Origin: Chitinophagaceae bacterium
GTDB taxonomy: Bacteria; Bacteroidota; Bacteroidia; Chitinophagales; Chitinophagaceae
Assembly (NCBI GenBank): GCA_024707305.1
Contig: JANPZZ010000010.1
Span: forward strand, 45,531-109,530
Length of the DNA stretch: 64,000 bases
Direction: 5' to 3'
The position numbers were made by a program, and so were the translations under genes. Under the pieces are notes generated by a model, which saw only the letters and a program-made list of their open reading frames with translations, was not told the origin of the DNA and did not search any database. This document shows positions 48,240 through 58,019 of this stretch, piece by piece (position 1 is the first letter of the stretch; each line of letters opens with the position of its first letter).

Positions 48240-49493
48240 TTACTTAAGTTTCTTGAGTTTTACTGTTTCGATCCTTGTGTCACTTACATTCACCACATCG
48301 AACTCATAGTTTTCTATGATGATACGTTCTTTCTGCCGGGGAATTGTTTCATGGAAATTGATAATATAACCAGAAAGAGTTTCCGACTCATTTTCAGGAA
48401 AATGAAGGTTATACTTCTCCTCCAGGTAGTCCAGCTCGAGGCGCCCGGAGAATATGAATTCGTTTTCGGCCAGTTGTTTTTCTACAAACTTCTCCGTGTC
48501 GTATTCATCCTGAATTTCCCCAAACAACTCTTCCAGCACGTCTTCCATCGTAATGATCCCAGCTGTTCCACCAAATTCGTCAACCACCCAGGCGATGCTG
48601 CGGCGTTCGCGGCTGAATTTGCTCATCAAATCGGCAGCACTCATACTTTCCGGTACGGCGGGTATTGCCAGCAACACCTCTTTAATACTGGCGGGCTTAC
48701 GAAACATATCAATCTGGTGAACATAGCCAATGATATGATCGATATTTTCCTCGTAAACCACGAGCTTGCTGAGCTTGGTGTCAACAAATTTTCTCCAAAC
48801 TTCTTCTATTGAAGCCTGCGCTGATACGCCTACAATTTCTTTACGGGGAACGAGGCACTGACGAATACGAATTTTGGGAAATTCCTGCGCGTTCTCCAGC
48901 AACTGCGTATTATGGTCCTGCCGTTCGTCGGTATCGTTCTGTTCAAAAAGGTTTTTCAGCTCGGCGTGACTCAGCGGCTCTTTGTGCTTATCGAGGCGGA
49001 CGTTGAAGATATATTTCAAAACCCAGGCAGCGAGTTGTGTCAGCTTATCGGCAATGGGTCCGGCCAGTTGGTAAAACACATCAATTACACCCGACAATTT
49101 GCTTAACAAACTATTGCTGCGGGCGCGGAATATGGCCCGGGGGATGAATTCCGCTGCCACAAGAACCAAAATGGTGGCTATTACAATTTCTACAAATATG
49201 TGAACAGCATCAGACCCAACCCTCCAGCGGCGCCAAAGCGGTTCCATCACGGTGCTGATCTGTAACCCCAGAAACACGAGGAAAAAAGTAAACCCAATCA
49301 GGGTCATTCCGATAAAGCGGGTGGGATTATCAATAAACTTGCCCAGCAGCAGTCCTTCTTTGGTACCCTGGTTTCTCCGCAGTTCCACATTCAGGCGATT
49401 GGCGCTGTAATAAGCCATTTCCACGCCAGCGAAAAACCCCATCAGTGAAATCGTGAGAAAAAACCAGATTATCGTTTTCAGCTCAGTGGTCAT
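48240..49493 (-). CDS. CNNM/DUF21-CBS-CorC_HlyC hemolysin family protein (GldE-like)
   Basis: 417-aa ORF with an N-terminal 4-TM DUF21 region, a CBS pair and a CorC C-terminal domain (TLSGYIINFHETIPRQKERIIIENYEFDVVNV). Confidence 0.75.
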   Translation of the reverse strand: MTTELKTIIWFFLTISLMGFFAGVEMAYYSANRLNVELRRNQGTKEGLLLGKFIDNPTRFIGMTLIGFTFFLVFLGLQISTVMEPLWRRWRVGSDAVHIFVEIVIATILVLVAAEFIPRAIFRARSNSLLSKLSGVIDVFYQLAGPIADKLTQLAAWVLKYIFNVRLDKHKEPLSHAELKNLFEQNDTDERQDHNTQLLENAQEFPKIRIRQCLVPRKEIVGVSAQASIEEVWRKFVDTKLSKLVVYEENIDHIIGYVHQIDMFRKPASIKEVLLAIPAVPESMSAADLMSKFSRERRSIAWVVDEFGGTAGIITMEDVLEELFGEIQDEYDTEKFVEKQLAENEFIFSGRLELDYLEEKYNLHFPENESETLSGYIINFHETIPRQKERIIIENYEFDVVNVSDTRIETVKLKKLK

Positions 49494-49667
49494 ATCGTAA
49501 AGATAGAGCGCAAAACGGGAAATTGGAAAAAGCCGTCCATTTTGGAATGGAATATGCTGAAAAGGAGGTAGTCCTTCAACAGGGAAGGAATCAATGCCCT
49601 GTAATAATCGCGCAGGTTCGACGCAACATCAGCACAAATTTCTTAATTTAATAGTTATTCATTCCCC

Positions 49668-50838
49668 ATGCGAATGTCGCCCGGAGAATATACGCATCTT
49701 AACCGCGCCAGTCTGCTTAAAGGAGGCCGGGAATATTTTGATGCCTTGCTCCGGGGAATAGAAACAGCACTGGATTATATCCATTTACAGGTATACATTC
49801 TCCATTACGACGAAACCGGTAAGCTGGTGATAGACGCCCTCATGAATGCCGCACAACGTGGCGTAAAAGTCTTTGTAGTGGTAGACGGATACGCTTCGCA
49901 AACGCTTCCGCGTCGCGTTATTCGCGAAATGCGGGTGGCGGGCATCGCCTTTCGTTTTTTCGAACCATTTTTTAAAAGCCGTTATTTTTATTTCGGCCGA
50001 AGGCTGCATCATAAAGTTTTTGTTGTGGATGGCCGTTTTGCAATCGTCGGCGGCATCAATGTAGCCGATCGGTACAATGATATCCATGGCCATCGCGCAT
50101 GGCTCGATTTTGCACTGGAAGTAGAAGGACAGGCGGCATTGCAGCTTTGCGTTTTATGCTGGAAAACATGGAAAGGATTTCCCCGCAAAATGGGTCTGAC
50201 TCCTTGCGAAAAAGAATCACCGCGAATTAATATCGCCCCGGAAGATGCCATGAAAGTGCGGCTACGCCGCAACGACTGGGTGAGAAGAAAAAATGAAATA
50301 TCCGCTTCCTACGTACAGATGTTTCGACGTTCGCAACGCGAGATATGTATCCTGTCGAGCTATTTTCTTCCGGGAAAATTCATTCGCAAAATGCTGACAG
50401 AAGCCGTTAACCGCGGCGTGAAAATCACAATCATTACCGCAGGTACGTCTGATGTACGAGTCGCCAAACATGCAGAGCGGTGGTTGTACGACTGGCTGCT
50501 TCGCAACAAAATCACATTATACGAATATCAGCCTTCTATCCTCCATGCAAAACTCGCGCTGTGCGACGGCGAATGGATGACCATAGGGTCCTACAACGTA
50601 AATAACATCAGCGCATATGCAAGTATTGAGTTAAACCTTGATGTCAGGAACAACAAGCTCGTTGAGTCGACACAATCAATGTTGGCAGAAATTATCGAGA
50701 AAAGATTGCATCCTCATTACCCATGAAACCCACCTAAAAAAGAAAAATCCGTTTGCCCAATTCCGGCGATGGATATCGTATCAGTTTATTCGAACGGTGT
50801 TTTATGCGTTGACGTTTTATTACAAGCGAAAAACGTGA
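49668..50838 (+). pseudogene. phospholipase D-family cardiolipin synthase (ClsB-like), one frameshift near 50698-50705
   Basis: Two HKD motifs (HHKVFVVDGRFAIVGGINV and LHAKLALCDGEWMTIGSYNVNN). The C-terminus continues in the frame of ORF 50638..50838. Confidence 0.75.
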
Positions 50839-50849
50839 AAGAACAATGT

Positions 50850-51701
50850 TCATATTTCCACATTTTCCTCTCGCGTCCTGGTCACCGCCAGCGCTGGGAT
50901 GTGCGCGTGCATCACCAACCGTGGCGATCGTCTGCGGCGGAAAAGTGATGCGGGGAATACCTGTTTTCGTGGAATCAAGATTAGCATATCCAACTGCTGC
51001 GTATCGGCCCAGGCCTGAATGCCACTTTCCACTTCTTCATCAAAAATGAAATGAAACTTCGGGTGCAAGTCTGAAAGGATATCGATGAGCCAGTCTTTTT
51101 CACCAATGCTTTCTTCACTGATATGTTCATCAGTTTCCACACATACATGAAGGATATGAAGTTTGGCTTTGAATTGCTGTACGAGTTCACGGATTTCCTG
51201 TGCAGGTATGTTATTGAGCACTTTTTTGAGATCACATGCCACGCCGATACGTCGGATATTGCGAAAATTTGCGCCCGCCGGTACCACCAGCAAAGGCCAG
51301 TTTAAATGCTTTTCTACTGCGAGTGTTTTCGCCTCCGCCAGCCATCGCTCAATGGGTCCCATCGTTTCAGCGCTTATTATCACGGCATAAGGTTGATAGC
51401 GGCTACACGCTTCGTCAATTTCCATTACCACATCGCCCGAATTTACTTCCGCAACAACGGGCACTTCACTTTGAACACGCTCCTCGATGTCGCTTTTGAG
51501 CGCCGTCATTTGTGATTGCGCATAGTCCATCCATCGGTCGGCCACCGAAGCAGTTGCCGACATTTCACGAAATGAAACAGGAACGGCGCAAACATGCAAT
51601 ATCACTAATTGTGCGCCCATAGTACGCGCCATATCCGCGGCATAATTTACAGCCTCCACTGAAGGCTCACTAAAATCGGTTGGTGCAAGAATCGTTTTCA
51701 T
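50850..51701 (-). CDS. universal stress protein (tandem USP domains)
   Basis: The start is taken at MKTILAPTDFSEPSVEAVNYAADMA within ORF 50850..51800. The second domain starts around IGVACDLKKV. Confidence 0.75.
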   Translation of the reverse strand: MKTILAPTDFSEPSVEAVNYAADMARTMGAQLVILHVCAVPVSFREMSATASVADRWMDYAQSQMTALKSDIEERVQSEVPVVAEVNSGDVVMEIDEACSRYQPYAVIISAETMGPIERWLAEAKTLAVEKHLNWPLLVVPAGANFRNIRRIGVACDLKKVLNNIPAQEIRELVQQFKAKLHILHVCVETDEHISEESIGEKDWLIDILSDLHPKFHFIFDEEVESGIQAWADTQQLDMLILIPRKQVFPASLFRRRRSPRLVMHAHIPALAVTRTREENVEI

Positions 51702-51910
51702 TACGCAAGATTTTGAGAGTTGAGTCGAAGATTTGATTACGCCCCGAAATCGGCAACTTTTTACACAGCCTGTGGTATACCGACGCGAAAGCGTTTCCAA
51801 ATAGCCTTTAGCTCCAGGAAATCTTCCTTGTTTTTATACAGCAATCGTTCTTCCGTTAATCTACTACATGAATCATGCCCCGAGGTATTTGGTACGGAAG
51901 TCGTATTTTG

Positions 51911-53092
51911 ATGAAAATGCATAGAACAACTATTTTACTGTTCCTGTTTGCCTTACAGGTTCCGCTGATTAGTAACTCGCAATCTACAAATGCCGGGCTT
52001 ATACAGCGCTACCCCTTTCTGAATATTTCGCAGAACCGGATACAACAGCCTTCACATCTCGACAGCTTTTTTCAACAGTTAGCGCTCACTGGTATAACAG
52101 AAGGATCTGTGGTTTCGATTGTTCATATTGGCGACTCGCACATTCAACCTGATTTGATGGGCCAGGTATTGAGGCAAAGTTTTCAGCAACGCTATGGCAA
52201 TGCGGGCCGTGGCCTGGTGTTTCCCTACCAGCTTGCGGCATCTAATAGTCCCGACGATGTGAGAACCAGTTCCCCACAACGCTGGCAATTTAACCGGCTC
52301 GCCCATCCCGAAATAAATACTCCATATGGAATTTCAGGATATGGTATCGTTAACAATAACAGCACAGCAGAATTCCGTTTGCAACTGCGCGGATCGGGTA
52401 GCACAGCAAACCACTTTTCGCGCATGCTACTTTTCACCGACAGCAGCAGCACCTGGACTGCAAAGCCCACCGGCAGCGATAGCACATTTGTTCTGAATAG
52501 ATCTGCGGAATACAATTTTCTACACGAACTTATATTGCCTGATACTGTAAACGACATCACTTTTTCCGCCATCGATTCTTTTCAAAAACCTTCGTTATAT
52601 GGAATTGAATTATCTAATAACAGACCCGGTGTTACATTTCACAGCATCGGCGTAAATGGCGCGCGGGTAGATCATTTCAACCGGGCTGAAAAATTCTGGG
52701 AGCAGTTGCCCATATTGAAAGCGAAACTTTACATCGTATCGCTGGGCACCAATGAGGCGCAGGCCCGCGTATTTAACGAAGCAAATTTTTTGAAAGAATT
52801 GCAGAAGATGCTGACGCGCCTGCGTGATATTTCTCCGGACGCGAGTTTTCTTTTTACTACGCCACCAATTTCTTTTCGGGGAAAAATGATCAATCCCAAT
52901 CTGGAGCGGATTCGGAAAACGATTGTCTCATTTTGCAAGGTGAATAATATCGCCTGCTGGGATCTGCGTTCTGTATTATCAACACGCAGCGGGTTCCTTC
53001 GCATTATGCACCGCGACCGGATCCATTATACTGCTGAGGGTTATCGATTGATGGGGAGGCTGCTGAGAGAATCGATGATCGATGGTCGATGA
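51911..53092 (+). CDS. SGNH/GDSL hydrolase family protein (secreted)
   Basis: The start is taken at MKMHRTTILLFLFALQ. Block I is IVHIGDSHIQPD, block III is SLGTNEA and block V is DRIHYTAEGY. The last codons are heptamer-array sequence (ESMIDGR). Confidence 0.7.
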   Translation: MKMHRTTILLFLFALQVPLISNSQSTNAGLIQRYPFLNISQNRIQQPSHLDSFFQQLALTGITEGSVVSIVHIGDSHIQPDLMGQVLRQSFQQRYGNAGRGLVFPYQLAASNSPDDVRTSSPQRWQFNRLAHPEINTPYGISGYGIVNNNSTAEFRLQLRGSGSTANHFSRMLLFTDSSSTWTAKPTGSDSTFVLNRSAEYNFLHELILPDTVNDITFSAIDSFQKPSLYGIELSNNRPGVTFHSIGVNGARVDHFNRAEKFWEQLPILKAKLYIVSLGTNEAQARVFNEANFLKELQKMLTRLRDISPDASFLFTTPPISFRGKMINPNLERIRKTIVSFCKVNNIACWDLRSVLSTRSGFLRIMHRDRIHYTAEGYRLMGRLLRESMIDGR

Positions 53093-53131
53093 TTGTTGAT
53101 CGAGCCCCCTTCGGGGTGTCGGGGGGCTACT
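53072..53131. repeat. one-armed CGATGAT array followed by a GC hairpin
   Basis: atcgatgatcgatggtcgatgattgttgatcg is followed by agccccc-ttcggggtgtcg-gggggct. It lies between convergent gene ends (53092 and 53141). Confidence 0.65.
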
Positions 53132-53140
53132 ATCGAAACT

Positions 53141-53491
53141 CTAAAATGGCAAATCATCATCACTGCTCGTGAATGTCTGATTTGTAAAGTCATCGTTGTT
53201 GTCGGGCTGGGGTTGTGCACCGGCAGCTCCAGCTGGTTCTATTCTCCATGCCTTTACGTCGGTGTACCAGCGACCGTTGTATTCGCGACTTTCAACGTCG
53301 AATGAAATATTCAACATCGCGCCGGGTTGCAATTGTGCGCTATTGATTTTATCTCCCCAAATTGAAATACATATCTTCTTGGGATACTGTCCTTCTGTTT
53401 CCACAATGATATCCTGCTTCTTCCACTCGCCATTACGGCCAGCGCCGGTTTGCAAGGGAAGCACCTGTGTAAGTTTCGCTGTAAGTTGCAT
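53141..53491 (-). CDS. DUF3127 domain-containing protein (OB-fold, SSB-like acidic tail)
   Basis: 116-aa ORF (GRNGEWKKQDIIVETEGQYPKKICISIWGDKI .. SREYNGRWYTDVKAWRIE) ending in SSDDDLPF. Confidence 0.7.
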   Translation of the reverse strand: MQLTAKLTQVLPLQTGAGRNGEWKKQDIIVETEGQYPKKICISIWGDKINSAQLQPGAMLNISFDVESREYNGRWYTDVKAWRIEPAGAAGAQPQPDNNDDFTNQTFTSSDDDLPF

Positions 53492-53565
53492 GTTGTGTTT
53501 GAATTGAGCGTCAAAGATAGGCTGTTTTACAGAACCTGCAGGTCGTACTTAACTTAGAATACCTG

Positions 53566-55227
53566 CTAAAACTGTAAATAAATCGGCATTACTGGTTCCG
53601 ACGATTTGAAGAATCCATACAATAATACAAAGCCAAAAAATACAGCCAGGTAATACAGCATCGGAATGCGTGCAAAACGACTGATAAACCGGTCGGCAAA
53701 GTTGTCGGGAATTGCATGCAGCAGATAAGCAACTGCCATCATAATCAGCACCGGCCAGTAATTATTGGCAAAAGCGCTCCATACCGAAAGATCCATGTTG
53801 TAGCCAATCTGGTACAACATCGTCATGGCTTTTTCAAAATCATTCGTTGCCGGATCCAGATCGGCAGCGTGGAAGAAAACCCATCCAAAACATACAAAGT
53901 GAAAAGTGATCAACACGGCAATGATGCGATAGATGGTTGTTCGCCGCGCACGCTCTAATGAACGTCCTGTAAACATCATCCATACTTTATGTAACGCGAG
54001 ACCGAGTCCATGCCAGGTGCCCCAGATCAAAAAATTCCAGTTGGCCCCATGCCAGAAGCCACCCAGCAGCATCGTGGTAAGTAGGTTTAAACTGGCTGAT
54101 ACCGATTTCTTTTCACGACGGATTAGTCCGGGAAGTATAAACAATAATAAAACACCTGATGCAATCGCTGCGGCAATTCCCGGATGTAACCCTGCTATTT
54201 TCCATGATGCAAAAAACACACCGCTAAAAAACAAAGTGGCAAACAACCAGGTGCCAAAACTACCTACCCGGTTTCCGCCTAATGGTATATACAAATAATC
54301 GCGCAGCCAGGTTGATAATGAAATATGCCAGCGTCGCCAGAATTCGGTGATGTTTTTACTTTGATATGGCGACAAAAAATTTGCAGGAATTGTGAATCCT
54401 AACCAGCGTGCAATACCAATGGCAATATCACTGTATCCGCTGAAGTCGCAATAAATCACAACGGCATAAGCATATACCGCCATCAGGTTTTCGAGACCCG
54501 TATATCGCGCAGGATCATCGAAAATATAATTAACGAAGTTGATAGTAATAAAGTCACTGATGATCAGTTTTTTTATCAATCCGGAAATGACCAGATAGAA
54601 CCCTTTTGCAAAATCATTCTCGGTTATTTCATAAGGTCTGTTGATCTGCGGTACAAAATCATGTGCCCGCACAATAGGACCCATCATCAATTTTGGGAAA
54701 AAAGAAAGAAACAACAGGTAATCACTGAATCGCTTCGCGGGTTCAAACTGGCCGCGATAAACATCTATCGTATAACTCAGGTTTTCAAAAGTGAAAAATG
54801 AAATGCCGATTGGAAGTAAAAGGTTGAGAGGATTAAATTGTGTATGTAATAAATCGTTGCTGATCGATATAAAAAAATCAGTGTATTTAAAACAAAACAA
54901 TAAACCCAGGTTGAAGATTATACTAAACGTCAGCAACGCTTTTCGTACACCACTTCGCTGTGCGCGCCAGATGGCATTGGAAAGATAAAAATCAACGATA
55001 GCCGACGCCACCACTAATCCCACAAATGCACCGCTGGCTTTGTAAAAAAAATAGAGTGAGAAAAAAATGAAGATATATCGCCGCGTCCGCAACTGATGCC
55101 GGAAAGCATAATACAACCCCATGAACAGTGCAAAGAACAGCACGAAGAACCCGTTGTTGAAAAGCAAGGGATCCTCAGGGTTATATAGAAACTGATTTAA
55201 AAATGCTTCGATATCAAATTGCAACAT
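53566..55227 (-). CDS. MBOAT family O-acyltransferase (AlgI/PatA-like)
   Basis: 553-aa polytopic ORF with the conserved region FWRRWHISLSTWLRDYLYIPLGGNR and a histidine block (GGFWHGANWNFLIWGTWHG). Confidence 0.85.
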   Translation of the reverse strand: MLQFDIEAFLNQFLYNPEDPLLFNNGFFVLFFALFMGLYYAFRHQLRTRRYIFIFFSLYFFYKASGAFVGLVVASAIVDFYLSNAIWRAQRSGVRKALLTFSIIFNLGLLFCFKYTDFFISISNDLLHTQFNPLNLLLPIGISFFTFENLSYTIDVYRGQFEPAKRFSDYLLFLSFFPKLMMGPIVRAHDFVPQINRPYEITENDFAKGFYLVISGLIKKLIISDFITINFVNYIFDDPARYTGLENLMAVYAYAVVIYCDFSGYSDIAIGIARWLGFTIPANFLSPYQSKNITEFWRRWHISLSTWLRDYLYIPLGGNRVGSFGTWLFATLFFSGVFFASWKIAGLHPGIAAAIASGVLLLFILPGLIRREKKSVSASLNLLTTMLLGGFWHGANWNFLIWGTWHGLGLALHKVWMMFTGRSLERARRTTIYRIIAVLITFHFVCFGWVFFHAADLDPATNDFEKAMTMLYQIGYNMDLSVWSAFANNYWPVLIMMAVAYLLHAIPDNFADRFISRFARIPMLYYLAVFFGFVLLYGFFKSSEPVMPIYLQF

Positions 55228-55273
55228 GGTTCGGTTTACGGCTCAATTGTTTTGGTGTATTTATAATATTCGT

Positions 55274-56591
55274 TCATGATGGCTTCATAAAAATGAGTAG
55301 CAAGAATTTCGCTCCGCGAAAATTAGGATGCACATGGTCCTGGTTTGCAAGTGCGGGTTTCGCCTTCGCCCACTCCACAATTGAATTCGTTCCACCCATC
55401 GTTGCAAACTGGTTATAAAATCGCGCTCCGGTTTGCAGCGCCAGGTTCGCCTGTATTTGTACAAGTGAATCCACGCCCCTGGCAGTCTGATATTTTCCTG
55501 CTGTTCTGAATGCACGATCTGCTGTACTCACCACAACAACTTCAGCAGGTGCAAAAACAATTTGAAAAGCGACGAATAATGGGCAACATGATTTCGGCGT
55601 ACCAGTCAAAATTCACGTCTTTTGGCCGGTACAAAAAGGTTTACGCCATATTGAAAAATGATCAGGTCGTATGCATTTTCGGCAGCAATCGCACTGAGAA
55701 ATGCTGAATCGATCCGGGCCAGCTCAATGCCCGTAATGCCACGAAAGGAAAAGTTGTCGACAAAAACACCATGCTCCGATTCAAAACTGATTCCATAAAC
55801 CGGCAATTGCGAAGAACCAATCCCAACGGCCACTTTATTACTTCCATTTGCTGAAAGAACAATACGGTTAAATATTTTATCGGGATGAATGGGAAAACGT
55901 TTGCTGTTTACATTGATATTAATTTCTTTCGAATAAGGACCGCACAGAAGACTTCTTCTCGATCGCAATTGATTTATCCCGAATCGTATTATCAGTCATC
56001 GTTACCCAGTCATTATCTGTTCGGAATAAATGTCCGGATAAATGTAAATAGCGGCTGTTGCCATCTTTGAAATTTTCATCTTTCCATCCGGAAGAAAATA
56101 CGGCAGATACAGTCTGGCGAAAATGCGAAACCTGTGAAGTGATCGGAACAAAGCCCACACCCTGTCCACCAAACTGTTCCTGCATTAGTTTGCGTAGTGT
56201 TTGTGACATCAAATCACCCTCAATCATACTATCACCAAAGTAAGCAATGCGTACTTTGCCGCGGCCTGTTGTCTTCAGTTGAGAAAGTTTCGCCGCGAGC
56301 GTGGGCAGACTGCTGCGTTGTGTATCGGTATAAAAATGCGTGATGTATTGAGGAAGATGGTAAAGATCAATGTTCTCAACAGGTTGCACATCTGGTGCGT
56401 CGGTCGCAATCTCAGGGATGTCGTCTTCAACAACAGGCTGTTGATGCTCTGTATTAAATAGATCACCTACCAGGTTGATCCGTTGCAGGGGGCGCCCACG
56501 ACCAATTGAGCGTAACCGCTAATACAGACAGCAGAAGATAAATCCCCACACTGTAAACCACAAAGAGGAGCACACGCTTGTTTGCGTTCAT
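55274..56591 (-). pseudogene. SGNH/GDSL hydrolase-fold protein (AlgJ/PatB-like partner of the MBOAT), at least three frameshifts
   Basis: The fragments 55919..56389, 55606..55968 and 55274..55609, plus an N-terminal TM anchor MNANKRVLLFVVYSVGIYLLLSVL starting at 56591, read through. Block I is VRIAYFGDSMIEGD and block V is DHVHPNFRGA. Confidence 0.6.
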
Positions 56592-56597
56592 ACCTGA

Positions 56598-57081
56598 TTA
56601 ATCGGCGGTGGCGTGAAGTTTGAATTTCCGTATGGCTGCCGATATCCTTTTTTTTCCATTCTACAGGCGCTTCGGAATATCCTGCTTTACTCATTGCCTC
56701 AAGCCAGCGTTTATAGTCGTTATTTCCCTTTAGTTTGGGATAAAATTTTTTGCGGGTTAACAGTTGGCAAAACCCAATATACGAGGCTTTCACAGATGGA
56801 TATTGTTTGTACCGCGAACGGATCCCTTTTGTTTTCAACAAATTATTTTTTCCAACTATACCAAAATGGTTGTTGAGAAGTTTGGCATTCCGGCTGGTTC
56901 CTGAACCCGATTCAATGATAGCGACACCCAGCATCACCGAAGAAGGAATTCCGTATACAACAGATAATGAGTCGGCTAATGGTCTGTAGGTTTGCAGGTA
57001 TTTACCCTGACCCTGAACTGTGGCCGCCGTAAGCATGCATACAGCCAGTAAAACTGTAATTCGCTTACATTGCTTACTCAT
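56598..57081 (-). pseudogene. glucosaminidase-domain (mannosyl-glycoprotein endo-beta-N-acetylglucosaminidase-like) protein, one frameshift at T8 run 56648-56655
   Basis: ORF 56467..57165 has a signal peptide (MSKQCKRITVLLAVCMLTAATVQG) and the motifs IPSSVMLGVAIIESGSGTSRNAKLLNNHFGI. Removing one base gives the C-terminus EWKKRISAAIRKFKLHATAD with a stop at 56598. The start could be 57102. Confidence 0.65.
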
Positions 57082-57189
57082 TATTTCTAAAAGTCCTGTC
57101 ATCGGTTTTTCATTGTGGTTGAATAGCCATAAATATAAGCAGCTGGTTTCTTTTTTAATAATCATTTACTTTGCAGAAAGCTGAATTAT

Positions 57190-57891
57190 ATGTCGAGCCG
57201 GTTATATGTTACCAATGAGCGTGCATTAAATGAGGTGGAAGAGCCTGCTCCTGAAGGAGTTAGCCCGGTGCTTCGATTTTTTGCAAAGCTTTTATCCGTT
57301 GTTTTTCACCCACTTTTTATTCCGGTTTATATCAGCGGGTTACTTATTATAACACCGCCATACTTTCTTGGTTTTGCCCCGCATGAAAAAGGGATCGCAT
57401 TTATGCGCTTTTTTATGATTTACAGCTTTTTCCCGCTCGTTACCGTATTGCTTATCAAGGGGCTGGGTTTTGTTGATTCCATTTTTCTCCGCACCCGTCG
57501 TGAACGCATTATACCGTATATAGCCTGTGGTATCTTCTATTTCTGGATGTGGTACGTGTTGCGCAACCAGCCGCACTTTGCCCGCGAAGTGGTGGAACTG
57601 GCACTGGGAATCTTCATTGCCTCATCCCTGGGTCTGATCGGCAATATTTACATGAAAGTGAGTATGCACGGCATTTCCATGGGTATACTGGTCGCTTTTG
57701 TAGGATATATCACTCTGCATAATAGTGGTAATCTCCTGCCCTGGCTGGTGCTGGCCATTTTCATTGCAGGACTGGTTTGTACGGCGCGGCTGCTTGTATC
57801 CAACCATACCCAACGCGAAATCTACGTTGGTCTTTTCATCGGCGCAATCTCCCAAATCATCGCCTTCAACGTTGATTTCCTCACCTCCTAA
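57190..57891 (+). CDS. polytopic membrane protein, possibly a degenerate PAP2-like phosphatase
   Basis: 233-aa ORF with about 6 TM helices. The motifs RRERIIPY, KVSMHG and SNHTQREI loosely resemble the PAP2 signature. Confidence 0.4.
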   Translation: MSSRLYVTNERALNEVEEPAPEGVSPVLRFFAKLLSVVFHPLFIPVYISGLLIITPPYFLGFAPHEKGIAFMRFFMIYSFFPLVTVLLIKGLGFVDSIFLRTRRERIIPYIACGIFYFWMWYVLRNQPHFAREVVELALGIFIASSLGLIGNIYMKVSMHGISMGILVAFVGYITLHNSGNLLPWLVLAIFIAGLVCTARLLVSNHTQREIYVGLFIGAISQIIAFNVDFLTS

Positions 57892-58019
57892 GCGTTAAAA
57901 AAACGCGGCCAGCGTGAAAAAAAATCCAAAAATAATTAGCAAGCAATTGCTAAATGTTTTAGTTTTGAATGTTCATAAGATTTTATAACCGGGAAAAAGG
58001 GAAGACGATAATTTTGGCT

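Noticed and set aside
58009-58016. A TAATTTTG (TAnnTTTG-type) box as the recA promoter.
   Set aside because: It lies only 4 nt upstream of the preferred recA start codon. The TAGTTTTG box at 57960-57967 is better placed, but I found no convincing -33 element. I therefore did not annotate either one.
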